Source of the DNA: Gammaproteobacteria bacterium
GTDB taxonomy: Bacteria > Pseudomonadota > Gammaproteobacteria > Eutrophobiales > Eutrophobiaceae
NCBI GenBank assembly: GCA_024278135.1
Contig: JAJRTU010000321.1
Coordinates: 1 to 63,715 of the forward strand
DNA length: 63,715 nt
Direction of reading: 5' to 3'
The notes beneath the pieces were generated by a model, which ran no database searches, had not been told where the DNA came from, and saw only the letters and a program-made list of their open reading frames with translations. The translations under genes and the position numbers were made by a program. Positions 18,836 through 29,072 of the stretch are shown here, piece by piece (position 1 is the stretch's first letter; each line of letters opens with the position of its first letter).

Positions 18836-19552
18836 ATGCGCCCAAGCGGTAGAGCACAGGATGAGTTACGCCAGGTAAAACTAAGTCGTCACTACACATG
18901 TCATGCGGAGGGTTCTGTGCTGGTTGAATTTGGCCGAACCAAAGTGTTGTGCAATGCCAGCTTTGAGGAAAGGGCCCCGTCTTTTTTGAAGGGCTCGGGG
19001 AAAGGCTGGGTGACAGCGGAATACGGCATGTTACCGCGTTCAACCGGGCAGCGAATGCGACGTGAAGCGAGTCAGCGTCGCCAGGGAGGCAGGACCATGG
19101 AGATTCAAAGACTCATTGGGCGTTCCTTGCGGGCGATCATCGATACCCAGAAACTGGGCGAAAACACCATCCTCATTGATTGTGATGTAATACAGGCGGA
19201 CGGCGGTACGCGTACCGCCTCAATCACCGGTGCTTATGTCGCCCTGGTGGACGCCATTCATTATGCCCTGGCGGAAGGCATGATTAAAAGCGATCCGATT
19301 ATTGCCCAGGTCGCGTCAGTATCAGTGGGTATTTTTGCGGGCACAGCGGTGCTGGATCTGGATTACATCGAGGATTCTCAGGCGCAAACCGACATGAATG
19401 TTGTGATGAACAATAACGGGGATTTTATTGAAATCCAGGGTACTGCTGAAGGCCATCCTTTTAACGCGGATGAGCTGCAGAATATGCTGGCACTGGCCGG
19501 CAGCGGTATCACGCAACTATTTGAATTTCAGCGACAGGTATTGGCTGAGTAA
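18836..19552 (+). CDS. rph: ribonuclease PH
   Basis: [12 protein letters not shown]...[16 protein letters not shown]...[13 protein letters not shown]. 238 aa. Confidence 0.96.
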   Translation: MRPSGRAQDELRQVKLSRHYTCHAEGSVLVEFGRTKVLCNASFEERAPSFLKGSGKGWVTAEYGMLPRSTGQRMRREASQRRQGGRTMEIQRLIGRSLRAIIDTQKLGENTILIDCDVIQADGGTRTASITGAYVALVDAIHYALAEGMIKSDPIIAQVASVSVGIFAGTAVLDLDYIEDSQAQTDMNVVMNNNGDFIEIQGTAEGHPFNADELQNMLALAGSGITQLFEFQRQVLAE

Positions 19553-19557
19553 ACCCT

Positions 19558-20166
19558 GTGTCGCAGCCGACGCAAATTGTCATTGCCTCGAATAATGAAG
19601 GCAAACTGAGGGAAATGACGGCGCTGCTGTCAGGCCTGGGTATCGCCGTTGCCCCACAATCGAGATGGGGTGTTGATGACGCAGATGAGACGGGTTTGAG
19701 CTTTGTCGAGAACGCCATTATCAAGGCCAGACACGCGGCCGGTTTAACCGGGCTGCCGGCCATTGCCGATGACTCCGGTATCGAGCTTGATATACTCAAT
19801 GGTGCACCGGGTATCTATTCGGCCCGTTATGCAGGCAGCGATGCCAGCGATGAAGACAATCTGAACTTGCTGATTGACAGGGTAAAACGAACAGGAGTGC
19901 AGCGGCCCGGCGCCCGCTTTCAATGTGTCATGGTCTATCTGCGTCATGCCCGGGACCCGACACCGATTATTGCGCAGGGGACATGGGAGGGGCATATCGT
20001 ATCCGAGCCCCGGGGTGACGCCGGTTTCGGCTACGATCCGGTTTTTTATGTCCCGACTCATGCCTGTACTTCAGCTGAACTTCAGGCTGATGTGAAAAAC
20101 ACGATCAGCCACCGTGGCCAGGCGCTGCGCCTGTTGCTGGAAAAATTGTCTGCCATACTTGATTAA
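19558..20166 (+). CDS. rdgB: XTP/dITP diphosphatase (non-canonical purine NTP pyrophosphatase)
   Basis: IVIASNNEGKLREM...ADDSGIELD...FGYDPVF...SHRGQA motifs of the RdgB/HAM1 family. Confidence 0.93.
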   Translation: MSQPTQIVIASNNEGKLREMTALLSGLGIAVAPQSRWGVDDADETGLSFVENAIIKARHAAGLTGLPAIADDSGIELDILNGAPGIYSARYAGSDASDEDNLNLLIDRVKRTGVQRPGARFQCVMVYLRHARDPTPIIAQGTWEGHIVSEPRGDAGFGYDPVFYVPTHACTSAELQADVKNTISHRGQALRLLLEKLSAILD

Positions 20167-20190
20167 CATTCTCCCGGACTTTTCTGAATC

Positions 20191-21279
20191 ATGAAAATAC
20201 GAGTCGTCCCTGGAAGCTGTTTATTTATTTTGCTGCTCCCTTTTTTTGTCTTTGCCGGGGACAAGGCGAGGCCAGTCAGTGTCGTGACTGTTGTTGTCGC
20301 GCCGGTGCAGGACGAAATCCTGCTGATTGGCAGTGTGACCGCCCGCCGTGTTTCCAGAATTTCACCCAGGATCGACGGTTTTATTTCGGCCATGCTGGTG
20401 GACGAGGGAGATGAGGTCAGGGCGGGCGATGCGCTGTTGCGTCTTGATCCGGTTATGGCGAAGCTGGGTCTGGAGCGGGCCCGGGCACAGGTGCAGGAAG
20501 CCGAGGCCGCGTTGAATGAAGCCGGACGACAACGCGATGAGGCCGCCGAGTTGCTGAAGGAAAAGCATATCTCCGCCACCATTCATGAAGCCAGCCTGGC
20601 CGAGGTTAATATAAAAACAGCGGCACTCAAACGTTTACAGGCCGAATTCAGCCAGCAGCGGGAGAGAGTGGCCCGTCATATTATCTATGCCCCCTTTACA
20701 GGAGTGGTGGCACGCAAGGAGGTGGAGGTGGGCCAGTGGGTGGAGACCAGCACGGTATTAATCGAACTGGTGGAAATCAGTTTCTTGCGTGTTGATGTTC
20801 CGGTACCGCAAATCTATTTTGAGCAGATAAGGCAGGGCACAGCGACAACGATAAAATTTGATGCCTTGCCCGGGCGCAGTTTCGATGGAAAAGTCAGTAT
20901 AAAAATCCCGGTGGGAAACGCTTCGGCACGCACATTTCCGATACGAATGGAAATAGATAATGCTGAAGGCCTGATAGCGCCGGGTATGTCGGCGAGAGTG
21001 AGCATCAAACTGGAGCAGGCCAGACAGGCGATGTTATTGCCGCGGGATGCCATTATCAGGAAACCGGACGACAGTGAGTCAATCTGGATGCTGGTCAACG
21101 ATAATGATCAGATGAAGGCACGTCCCGTACCGGTACAAACCGGCCGGGCCTACCGTGGCAATGTCGAAGTGTTTGCCGCAGGTTTGCATGTCGGTGACAA
21201 AGTGATTGTCCGTGGCAATGAGATCCTGCAGGTGGATCAACTGGTGTATATTGCCAGAGAACATGAACTGAAACTGTAA
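20191..21279 (+). CDS. efflux RND transporter periplasmic adaptor subunit
   Basis: Signal peptide, lipoyl/coiled-coil hairpin (LERARAQVQEAEAALNEA...) and beta-barrel region typical of the HlyD/AcrA family. Lies 4 nt upstream of the RND permease. Confidence 0.88.
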   Translation: MKIRVVPGSCLFILLLPFFVFAGDKARPVSVVTVVVAPVQDEILLIGSVTARRVSRISPRIDGFISAMLVDEGDEVRAGDALLRLDPVMAKLGLERARAQVQEAEAALNEAGRQRDEAAELLKEKHISATIHEASLAEVNIKTAALKRLQAEFSQQRERVARHIIYAPFTGVVARKEVEVGQWVETSTVLIELVEISFLRVDVPVPQIYFEQIRQGTATTIKFDALPGRSFDGKVSIKIPVGNASARTFPIRMEIDNAEGLIAPGMSARVSIKLEQARQAMLLPRDAIIRKPDDSESIWMLVNDNDQMKARPVPVQTGRAYRGNVEVFAAGLHVGDKVIVRGNEILQVDQLVYIAREHELKL

Positions 21280-21283
21280 GTCG

Positions 21284-24200
21284 ATGTTCAAGTTCGCCAT
21301 AGAGAAGCCGGTCATTCTGACAGTGATCATTCTTATTGTTTGTCTGTTTGGCGTACTCGCCGCATTTCGCGTACCGATCCAGATGATTCCGGATCTGGAT
21401 GTGCGTGCTGTCAGCGTAAGCACCCGCTGGGCCGGTGCGACACCACAGGATGTGGAACAGGAAATTATAATAGAACAGGAAGAATATTTACGTCGAATCC
21501 CCTCACTGGAACGAATGATATCGCGAGCCAGTACCGGTCGGGCGCAGATTGAACTGGAATTTCCCAACGGCACCGATATCAATGAAGTGCTGATCCGTGT
21601 CAACAACGCCCTGTCTCAGGTGTCGGCATATCCGGAAAATGTGGATGAGCCGAGGATAGTCACCAGTTCCATTTCGGATAACCCGTTTATGTTTTTTCGC
21701 ACCACCGCCCTGGCAGGCAACCCGCTGAAGGTAAACATAGTACAGATGCGGGATTTTCTGGAAGATCATGTGCGAACTCAGATCGAAAGAGTGCCGGGTG
21801 TATCGGAAGTACAGGTGTGGGGTGGTGCCGAACGGCAGATACGTATTTATATTGATCCGGTCAAACTGGCGGAAAGACAGTTAAGTCTCATTGATGTACG
21901 CAATGCCATACGCTCCCGCAATCGTGACGTTTCCGGTGGTGATCTGGATAGCGGCAAGCGCCGCTATTTATTACGTACTGTCGGGCGTTTCAACAGTTTG
22001 GACGAGATTGAAAAGATGGTGATCGGGCGCCGTGACGATGCGCTTATCCGTTTAAGTGATGTCGGATATGCGGAGTTGTCGAATTCTGAAATCCGCGCTT
22101 ATTCGTACAGCCACGGCTTGCCCAATATCACCATGGGTGTGCGTCGGCAGGTAGGCTCCAACGTGGTTGAGGTAATGGATGCTGTCATGGAGAAGGTGGA
22201 AGCCTTGAACAAAGGCATCCTGAAACAACGCGGTATTGAAATGCAACTGAACAGCGACGATGTCAAGTATGTAAAAGAGTCCATCAAGAATGTTCGTCGT
22301 AATCTGATCATCGGCGGATTGCTGGCAACGCTCGTACTGTTTCTGTTTTTACGCTCGGTTTCCGCCACACTTACCGGCGCCCTGGGCATACCCATCTGTA
22401 CGATTGCGGCTTTTCTCGGCCTGCTGCTTACCGGACGAACTATCAATGTGATTTCTTTGGCCGGCATTGCCTTTGCCATCGGCATGACCCTGGATAACAG
22501 CATCGTTGTGCTGGAAAATATCTATCGCCATATGGACGAAGGCAAACAGCGCGCACAGGCTGCGCTGGACGGTGTCCGGGAAGTCTGGCCGGCCGTGCTG
22601 GCCTCGACATTGACAACAGTATTTGTATTTCTCCCCGTTATTTTTATAAAGGATGAAGCCGGGCAGCTTTATTCCGATATTGCTGTGGCTATTTCCGCCT
22701 CAATACTGATGTCTATGCTGCTGGCCATCACACTGGTTCCTGCAGCCTGCAGCCGTTTTTTGCAGCCCGCCGCTGTCAGAACGTCTGCAGGATTTAATTT
22801 GTTTTATCTGGGCAGAATCTGCGGTGACACTGTTATGCGATTTGTGACCTGGCTGATGCAGGGGCTGTTCCGACGTTTGCTGCTGATCAGCGGCATCCTC
22901 GTTCTGGTAGCCCTGATTATTTTTAATTTGACCCCACGCGCGGAATATCTGCCTGAAGGCGAGGAGCAAAAGATATTCACTTTAATCTTCTCGCCACCGG
23001 GTTATAACATTGAAGAAATGCATAAAATCTATAAGCGACTGGATAATTATTTTGTACCTTACATAGGCGATGATCCGGCGAAATTTGCAAACGGAGAAAC
23101 GGAAGTACCCGGTCTGAATTACGTCATGGGTTATGCCCGGGCAAATTCCATCCTGTTGTTGCCGGAAGCCACCTCGCGTCATCAGGTGGAAGCGCTGAAG
23201 GAAATAGTAAGCCGTAAAATCAATGAAATTCCCGGTGTTATCGCATTCGCCTCCCGCGGTTCCATATTCTCCAGTAACACCGGCGGGAGTCGCAGTATCA
23301 ATCTTGAACTCTCGGGAAGCGATCTGGTGGCCTTGTTTGATGCCGGTTTCCGGGCCTTCATCAAATCCAAACAAATCTTTGATAACCCGCAGGTTCGGCC
23401 ACAACCGTCCAGCCTGTCACTGGGACAACCCCTGCTGGAAATACGCCCGGACTGGGAACGTGCCGCTGAACTGGCTATCGATACCGACGATCTCGGCTAT
23501 ACCATCTGGGCCTACACGGACGGCGCCTATGTCGATGAATTTTTTCTTGATGATGACAAGATCGACATGTTCCTGTTTTCCACACAAGGGGCTGTTGAAC
23601 GACCTCAGGATCTCGACAGGCTGATGTTGTATTCAAGCGAGGGTGGTGTCATTCCACTGTCATCGCTTGCCAGGATCAAAGAGACGGTCAATACCGAAAC
23701 TATCCGACGGGTGGACGGTGTGCGTACGATCACACTGGGAATTATACCTCCACGGGGTATTCCTCTTGAGACGGGTGTTGAGATTGTCAAAAAAGAATTA
23801 ATCCGGGGTTTAAAGGACAGCGGCGAAATAAACAATGATATCCACATGCAAATTACCGGCGCCAGTGATCATCTGCAGGCGACACGCAGTGCCCTGAGCG
23901 GAAATTTTCTGATAGCTGTATTGATCTCGTATTTGCTGATGGTGGCGATCTTTTCTCACTGGGCTTACCCACTGGTGATTATTACTACCGTACCGGTCGG
24001 TATTGCCAGCAGTATATTCGGTTTGTGGTTGATGAACGCCGTTGGTGCACACATGGATTTAATCGGTCTGGCAAAGCTGCACCAGCCATTTGATGTCATC
24101 ACTATGCTGGGTTTTCTAATACTGATTGGTACGGTCGTGAATAATCCGATATTGATCGTTGATCGAAGTGTGAGGAATATAACTCTGCGGGGAATGGCAA

Positions 24201-24472
24201 TCAATGAGGCGATATTGGAGAGTACTCGTACCCGACTTCGCCCGATAATGATGTCGAGCATTACAACAGTGTTTGGCTTATCGCCCCTGGTATTCAGTCC
24301 CGGTGCCGGTACTGAGCTCTATCGTGGTCTTGGGGCGATTGTTTTATTTGGATTGTTGTTTTCAACACTGATCACATTGATCTTTATGCCCACCGTCCTC
24401 TCCCTGGTATTGCAGCTGCGTGAAAAACTGCTTGCAGGTAAACCGATATCCGTCGTCCCGGGTGAAAAGTGA
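21284..24472 (+). CDS. efflux RND transporter permease subunit (AcrB/AcrD/AcrF family)
   Basis: 1062 aa with a 12-TM, two-large-periplasmic-loop organisation. N-terminus FAIEKPVILTVIILIVCLFG...IPDLDV... and conserved SLAGIAFAIGMTLDNSIVVLENI. Confidence 0.92.
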   Translation: MFKFAIEKPVILTVIILIVCLFGVLAAFRVPIQMIPDLDVRAVSVSTRWAGATPQDVEQEIIIEQEEYLRRIPSLERMISRASTGRAQIELEFPNGTDINEVLIRVNNALSQVSAYPENVDEPRIVTSSISDNPFMFFRTTALAGNPLKVNIVQMRDFLEDHVRTQIERVPGVSEVQVWGGAERQIRIYIDPVKLAERQLSLIDVRNAIRSRNRDVSGGDLDSGKRRYLLRTVGRFNSLDEIEKMVIGRRDDALIRLSDVGYAELSNSEIRAYSYSHGLPNITMGVRRQVGSNVVEVMDAVMEKVEALNKGILKQRGIEMQLNSDDVKYVKESIKNVRRNLIIGGLLATLVLFLFLRSVSATLTGALGIPICTIAAFLGLLLTGRTINVISLAGIAFAIGMTLDNSIVVLENIYRHMDEGKQRAQAALDGVREVWPAVLASTLTTVFVFLPVIFIKDEAGQLYSDIAVAISASILMSMLLAITLVPAACSRFLQPAAVRTSAGFNLFYLGRICGDTVMRFVTWLMQGLFRRLLLISGILVLVALIIFNLTPRAEYLPEGEEQKIFTLIFSPPGYNIEEMHKIYKRLDNYFVPYIGDDPAKFANGETEVPGLNYVMGYARANSILLLPEATSRHQVEALKEIVSRKINEIPGVIAFASRGSIFSSNTGGSRSINLELSGSDLVALFDAGFRAFIKSKQIFDNPQVRPQPSSLSLGQPLLEIRPDWERAAELAIDTDDLGYTIWAYTDGAYVDEFFLDDDKIDMFLFSTQGAVERPQDLDRLMLYSSEGGVIPLSSLARIKETVNTETIRRVDGVRTITLGIIPPRGIPLETGVEIVKKELIRGLKDSGEINNDIHMQITGASDHLQATRSALSGNFLIAVLISYLLMVAIFSHWAYPLVIITTVPVGIASSIFGLWLMNAVGAHMDLIGLAKLHQPFDVITMLGFLILIGTVVNNPILIVDRSVRNITLRGMAINEAILESTRTRLRPIMMSSITTVFGLSPLVFSPGAGTELYRGLGAIVLFGLLFSTLITLIFMPTVLSLVLQLREKLLAGKPISVVPGEK

Positions 24473-25650
24473 CCAGTCATTCTGTCGAGGGCTTAAATCA
24501 CGAACCGCCTTTATCCCTGTATATTCACTTGCCATGGTGTGTGAAAAAGTGCCCTTACTGTGATTTTAATTCCCATGAATTCAGATCCGCCACGCTGGCG
24601 GAAAAGACCTATACCCGTGCATTGATTCAGGATCTTGAATACTCACTGCCGGGAATCGTCCAGCGGCAGATCACCAGTGTTTTTATCGGTGGAGGGACAC
24701 CCAGTTTATTTTCCGCTGCGGCGCTGGCGGAGATGCTCCATGCCGTGCGCGCGCGGTTTTCGTTAAAACCGGAAACGGAAATTACCCTTGAGGCCAACCC
24801 GGGGACAGCTGAAGCAGAACGGTTTAAAGTTTATCGTGAAATTGGAATTAACCGCCTGTCCATTGGTGTGCAGAGTTTTGATGATGGCAAGCTAAGCAGT
24901 TTGGGACGTATTCATGATGGCAATGAAGCGCTCAGAGCGATAGGGATGGCGGTGGAAGCGGGTTTTAAAAATATAAATATAGATCTGATGTTTGGTCTGC
25001 CCGGGCAGACTCTTGATGAGGCGCTGACGGATTTGCGCACGGCATGTGCGCAGCCGGTCACCCATATTTCCTGGTATCAACTGACCATCGAGGCGAATAC
25101 TGTTTTCTACCGCTATCCCCCTCCGTTGCCGGTGGATGATGAGCTCTGGAAAATGCAAATGCAAGGGCTGGATTTTTTGAATGACGAGGGTTTTGATCAA
25201 TATGAGATTTCCGCCTGTGCAAGGACGGACCGACAATGTCACCACAACCTGAACTACTGGCGATTCGGTGATTATCTCGGTATCGGTGCGGGTGCCCACA
25301 GCAAGCTGACAGACGCCGGAAATAATCAGATAAGGCGTTTTGTCCGCCATCGTCTGCCGGAGGCTTACATGCAAAAGGCGGGCGGCAGAGAAGTTATTGT
25401 TGAGGAAAGGCCGTTGGCACGGGAGGATGTTATCCTGGAATTCATGATGAATGCCCTGCGCCTGCGCGAGGGTTTCTCATCAAGCCTGTTTTCTGCGCAC
25501 ACAGGTTTGGAGATCGAAGATATTCGCCCTCTGCTGGATATTGCCGGCACACGCGGTTTCATCCTGCTACAGGGCGATGTCATCAAGGCAACGGAGATCG
25601 GTAAAAATCATCTAAATGAATTACTGCAGATTTTTATGCCGCCGGATTAA
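24469..25650 (+). CDS. hemW: radical SAM family heme chaperone HemW
   Basis: LSLYIHLPWCVKKCPYCDFNS (CxxxCxxC) plus a HemN_C-like C-terminus. GTG start overlaps the RND pump stop (GTGA). Confidence 0.9.
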   Translation: MTSHSVEGLNHEPPLSLYIHLPWCVKKCPYCDFNSHEFRSATLAEKTYTRALIQDLEYSLPGIVQRQITSVFIGGGTPSLFSAAALAEMLHAVRARFSLKPETEITLEANPGTAEAERFKVYREIGINRLSIGVQSFDDGKLSSLGRIHDGNEALRAIGMAVEAGFKNINIDLMFGLPGQTLDEALTDLRTACAQPVTHISWYQLTIEANTVFYRYPPPLPVDDELWKMQMQGLDFLNDEGFDQYEISACARTDRQCHHNLNYWRFGDYLGIGAGAHSKLTDAGNNQIRRFVRHRLPEAYMQKAGGREVIVEERPLAREDVILEFMMNALRLREGFSSSLFSAHTGLEIEDIRPLLDIAGTRGFILLQGDVIKATEIGKNHLNELLQIFMPPD

Positions 25651-25944
25651 CGCCGGGCCGTATTGTCAGGAGTCAATATGACAGATCCGGTGACGGATAC
25701 AGACAGGTATCGCCACCAGCTTGTTGTACCATGAAATTGGCGGATGTCGGCCTGTCCGGCTTTCAGTGCGAGTTTTTCATGTCTGCCGGAGAAACCGCGC
25801 CGAACAGGCGTTCCGAATACCCGCATATTCACCTGGACAGAACGCGCAGACGAGGACAAAAATCAGCAAATTTGGACAGAATGTGTCTCTGGATAACAGA
25901 CAGGCGAAGCCCGAAGGCTTTCGGGGTCGACGCATCGCCAAAGA

Positions 25945-27879
25945 ATGCGTATTGTCAGCGTATTCACGCACAACACTATCACGATGCAAGAACATAGAAA
26001 TTCCTTACAGGCCGGTTATCGCCTGCACTGGTATGTAATCAAAAGGATCCTGGGACAGGGTGGTTTTGGTATTACCTATCTTGCCGAGGATACCAATCTG
26101 AACCAGCAGGTGGCGATCAAGGAATATCTGCCGATCGAATTGGCCGTGCGCGAACAGGATGCTTCCATATACCCGGTCTCGGGAAAACATGGCGAGCAAT
26201 TCAGCTGGGGACTGGATCGATTTATGAGTGAAGCACAGACCCTGGCACAGTTCAAGCATCCCAATATAGTGCGCGTACTCACGGTCTTTCCCGAGAATAA
26301 TACCGCCTACATGGTCATGGAATATGAAAAGGGTCAGGCCATGCACGAGTTATTGCAGGAAAAGAAAATTCTGACGGAGAGTGAACTGAGTAAAATTTAT
26401 TTGCCTGTGCTGGACGGTCTGGAGCAGGTACACAATGCCGGTTTTATTCATCGGGATATCAAACCCCCGAATATCTTTATACGCGCCGACGGCTCTCCCG
26501 TGTTACTGGATTTCGGTTCAGCCCGGCAATCTCTTGGTGAAAAGACCCATACGCTGACCAGCATGGTCTCACCGGGTTTCGCACCGTTCGAGCAATACGT
26601 CAGCAAGAGCGACAAACAGGGGCCCTGGACGGATATATACGGACTGGCAGCGACCTTGTACCGCTCTGTTACAGGTCGTTCCCCGGCTGAGGCGATGGAT
26701 CGCAGTGAAGCATTGCTGCATACACACAGAGATTCATTTGTCGGCGCGGCCGAAATCAGTCCGGAGGGTTATTCCCGGGCCTTTCTTGCCGCTATTGACC
26801 ATGCCCTTGCGTTCAGATCGGAAGACAGACCACAGTCCATTTATCAATGGCGGGCGGAATTGACACAGACCTCCGCCGGCTCACAATACAGCGAAGCGGA
26901 AACAATACAGGCGCTGCCGGCAACGGACCTTTCCGCAGAAAATGTCGGCAGTCCGACTACCGCAAAAATCACCATGATGGTCGATGAACCTGCCGGTGAA
27001 AGCAGCGAAAATACCGCCAAAGACAAACCTTTACGCTGGTATCGCAAACCTTTACAGGTCATTGCTGTTGTATTTGGCATTTTATTACTGCTGATAATAC
27101 TGGATGAATCCGGCAAACAGGGTAAAGAAGACAAGTCGACGGTAGTGGGAGAAACAGTATCGGGTCAGCGGGATGCAGCAAGAGATGAAATTGATAAATT
27201 CCCTGACTCCCCTTTGTCGGAAACAAAGGGTTCGGCTCCACTGGCCGGAGCAAGCGACAGTCCGGTCAACATCGCACAGTTGTTGCAGGGCGCTGCCGAA
27301 GATATCAGTGCATTACGACTGACGTCTCCGGCGGGAAATAATGCGCTGGATAAATACCGCCAGGTACTGACACGGGAACCGGACAATAAAGCGGCACTGG
27401 CCGGGATGGACAATATTGCCGGTAAATATGTGGAAATGGCACAAAAAGCACTGCAGGATGGCAATGCTCAGCATGCCGCGCTATATCTGGACAAGGCCTC
27501 TCGTTTGAACAGTCGGCATGCTGAGATACCGGCTCTGAAAAAAGCTATTGCGGAGCATCAACACAGCACTGCCAGTGCGGATCGCCGCGAAAATGATTCA
27601 CTTCCCGCAAAAGCCGGCAATGTCATCAGCAGCAGTGACAGGCGCAAGCTGGCGCGGCTGCAGAGACAGCTGGCCCGTGATCCGGATAACCGGAAAGCCA
27701 AACAGGCCCTGCTCAGGCTGGGTAGCAAATATGAAGCCCTGGTGGAGAAGGCAATAAAAAACAGGCAATATGATCTTGCCGAATCCTATGTGAAAGCGGC
27801 AATAAAATTCTCGCCTGACAGTAAAAAATTGCACGAAACCCTGCAGGAAATAAGCTCCAGAAGAGCGGCTGATCACTGA
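25945..27879 (+). CDS. Hanks-type serine/threonine protein kinase with a TM helix and extracytoplasmic TPR-like repeats
   Basis: GQGGFGITY glycine loop, VAIKE lysine, HRDIKPPNIF catalytic loop and DFG. TM segment VIAVVFGILLLLIIL. Two ~70-aa repeats in the C-terminus (PAGNNALDKYRQVLTREPDNKAALAG... / LQRQLARDPDNRKAKQALLRLG...). An alternative start is the ATG at 25984. Confidence 0.88.
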   Translation: MRIVSVFTHNTITMQEHRNSLQAGYRLHWYVIKRILGQGGFGITYLAEDTNLNQQVAIKEYLPIELAVREQDASIYPVSGKHGEQFSWGLDRFMSEAQTLAQFKHPNIVRVLTVFPENNTAYMVMEYEKGQAMHELLQEKKILTESELSKIYLPVLDGLEQVHNAGFIHRDIKPPNIFIRADGSPVLLDFGSARQSLGEKTHTLTSMVSPGFAPFEQYVSKSDKQGPWTDIYGLAATLYRSVTGRSPAEAMDRSEALLHTHRDSFVGAAEISPEGYSRAFLAAIDHALAFRSEDRPQSIYQWRAELTQTSAGSQYSEAETIQALPATDLSAENVGSPTTAKITMMVDEPAGESSENTAKDKPLRWYRKPLQVIAVVFGILLLLIILDESGKQGKEDKSTVVGETVSGQRDAARDEIDKFPDSPLSETKGSAPLAGASDSPVNIAQLLQGAAEDISALRLTSPAGNNALDKYRQVLTREPDNKAALAGMDNIAGKYVEMAQKALQDGNAQHAALYLDKASRLNSRHAEIPALKKAIAEHQHSTASADRRENDSLPAKAGNVISSSDRRKLARLQRQLARDPDNRKAKQALLRLGSKYEALVEKAIKNRQYDLAESYVKAAIKFSPDSKKLHETLQEISSRRAADH

Positions 27880-27916
27880 CAGCTTGAACCGGACACAAAT
27901 TGACAGGTACCCATGA

Positions 27917-28471
27917 ATGTCTTCCTCCCTGGCACATACGATTAAAAGTCGTCGAACCATACATCGATTCAAAACCGGTGAGATACCGTCCGTTGAGCTG
28001 ATCAAACTGGCCATAGAGCACGCGATCTGGGCGCCCAATCATCATTTAAGCCAGCCATGGCAATTTTACCTGCTCGGGCCACGTACGGCTGAGCTTGTTT
28101 GTCAGCTGAACGCCGAACTGGTGCGGGAAAAAATGGGTGAAAAGGCAGCCGGGATCAAGCTGAAACGCTGGCGCGAAATACCGGGCTGGCTGGTACTTTG
28201 CTGTGATATCGCTGAAGATGACATCAGAAAACAGGAAGACTATGCCGCCTGCTGCTGTGTGGCGCAGAATTTGTCGTTGTATTTGTGGGAAGAGGGTGTC
28301 GGCATGAAATGGACGACGGGCACAGTCACAAGAGATCAACGCTTCTATGACATTATCGGCATTGATGTGCAACGACAGAGCATTGTCGGCCTGTTCTGGT
28401 ATGGTTTTCCAGCACAAATCCCGCAGGCGGAGCGAAAACCGTCAGCAGACAGGTTGGTGATATTGCCCTGA
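27917..28471 (+). CDS. nitroreductase family protein
   Basis: RRTIHRF...AIWAPNHHLSQPWQFY... is typical of NAD(P)H nitroreductase-like flavoproteins. 184 aa. Confidence 0.8.
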   Translation: MSSSLAHTIKSRRTIHRFKTGEIPSVELIKLAIEHAIWAPNHHLSQPWQFYLLGPRTAELVCQLNAELVREKMGEKAAGIKLKRWREIPGWLVLCCDIAEDDIRKQEDYAACCCVAQNLSLYLWEEGVGMKWTTGTVTRDQRFYDIIGIDVQRQSIVGLFWYGFPAQIPQAERKPSADRLVILP

Positions 28472-28592
28472 GCATTATCGGACCGGCACAGCAAGCAGAC
28501 TGCTCTGTTCTCAGGCCGTTTCAGGAATCAGTATCGGCACTAAATGAAGTTTTCTTGTTGGTGATCAATAAATTCGTAAACAAATCAGTGCC

Positions 28593-28616
28593 TGGCACAG
28601 CTGTTGGTTGTATAAT
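28593..28616 (+). promoter_or_regulatory. candidate nuo operon promoter: perfect TATAAT (28611-28616) overlapping a sigma54-like TGGCAC-N5-TTGG (28593-28607)
   Basis: The sequence tgcCTGGCACagctgTTGGttgTATAATgc lies ~100 nt upstream of nuoA. The -35 for a sigma70 reading is poor. Confidence 0.3.
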
Positions 28617-28712
28617 GCCTGCGTTAAATGATATGTGCTTTTAATTAACAGAAATTATCGTTTGATTTATCGAGCCGACAGTATGACGACGGCCCTGAAA
28701 TAAATACTAATA

Positions 28713-29072
28713 ATGATGTTGGAAAACTATTTGCCAATTTTGATATTTCTGATACTCGGGCTGGGGCTGGGTGTCGTTATGTTCGCCATGGGTTATTTTA
28801 TGGGTCCGAACCGGCCCAACAGTAAAAAGGCCTCGCCCTATGAATGCGGTTTCGAAGCATTCGAAGATGCCCGGATGAAATTTGATGTACGTTATTATCT
28901 GGTCGCCATCATGTTCATTATATTTGATCTCGAAATTGCTTTCCTGTTCCCCTGGGCAGTTGCTCTTGAGGGTATTGGTATGGCAGGATTCTGGGCGATG
29001 ATGATATTTCTTGCCGTACTGGTCGTTGGTTTTATCTATGAGTGGCGACAAGGAGCGCTGGAATGGGAATAG
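28713..29072 (+). CDS. nuoA: NADH-quinone oxidoreductase subunit A
   Basis: Three TM helices, KxSPYECGF motif ([17 protein letters not shown]). First gene of the nuo cluster. Confidence 0.95.
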   Translation: MMLENYLPILIFLILGLGLGVVMFAMGYFMGPNRPNSKKASPYECGFEAFEDARMKFDVRYYLVAIMFIIFDLEIAFLFPWAVALEGIGMAGFWAMMIFLAVLVVGFIYEWRQGALEWE

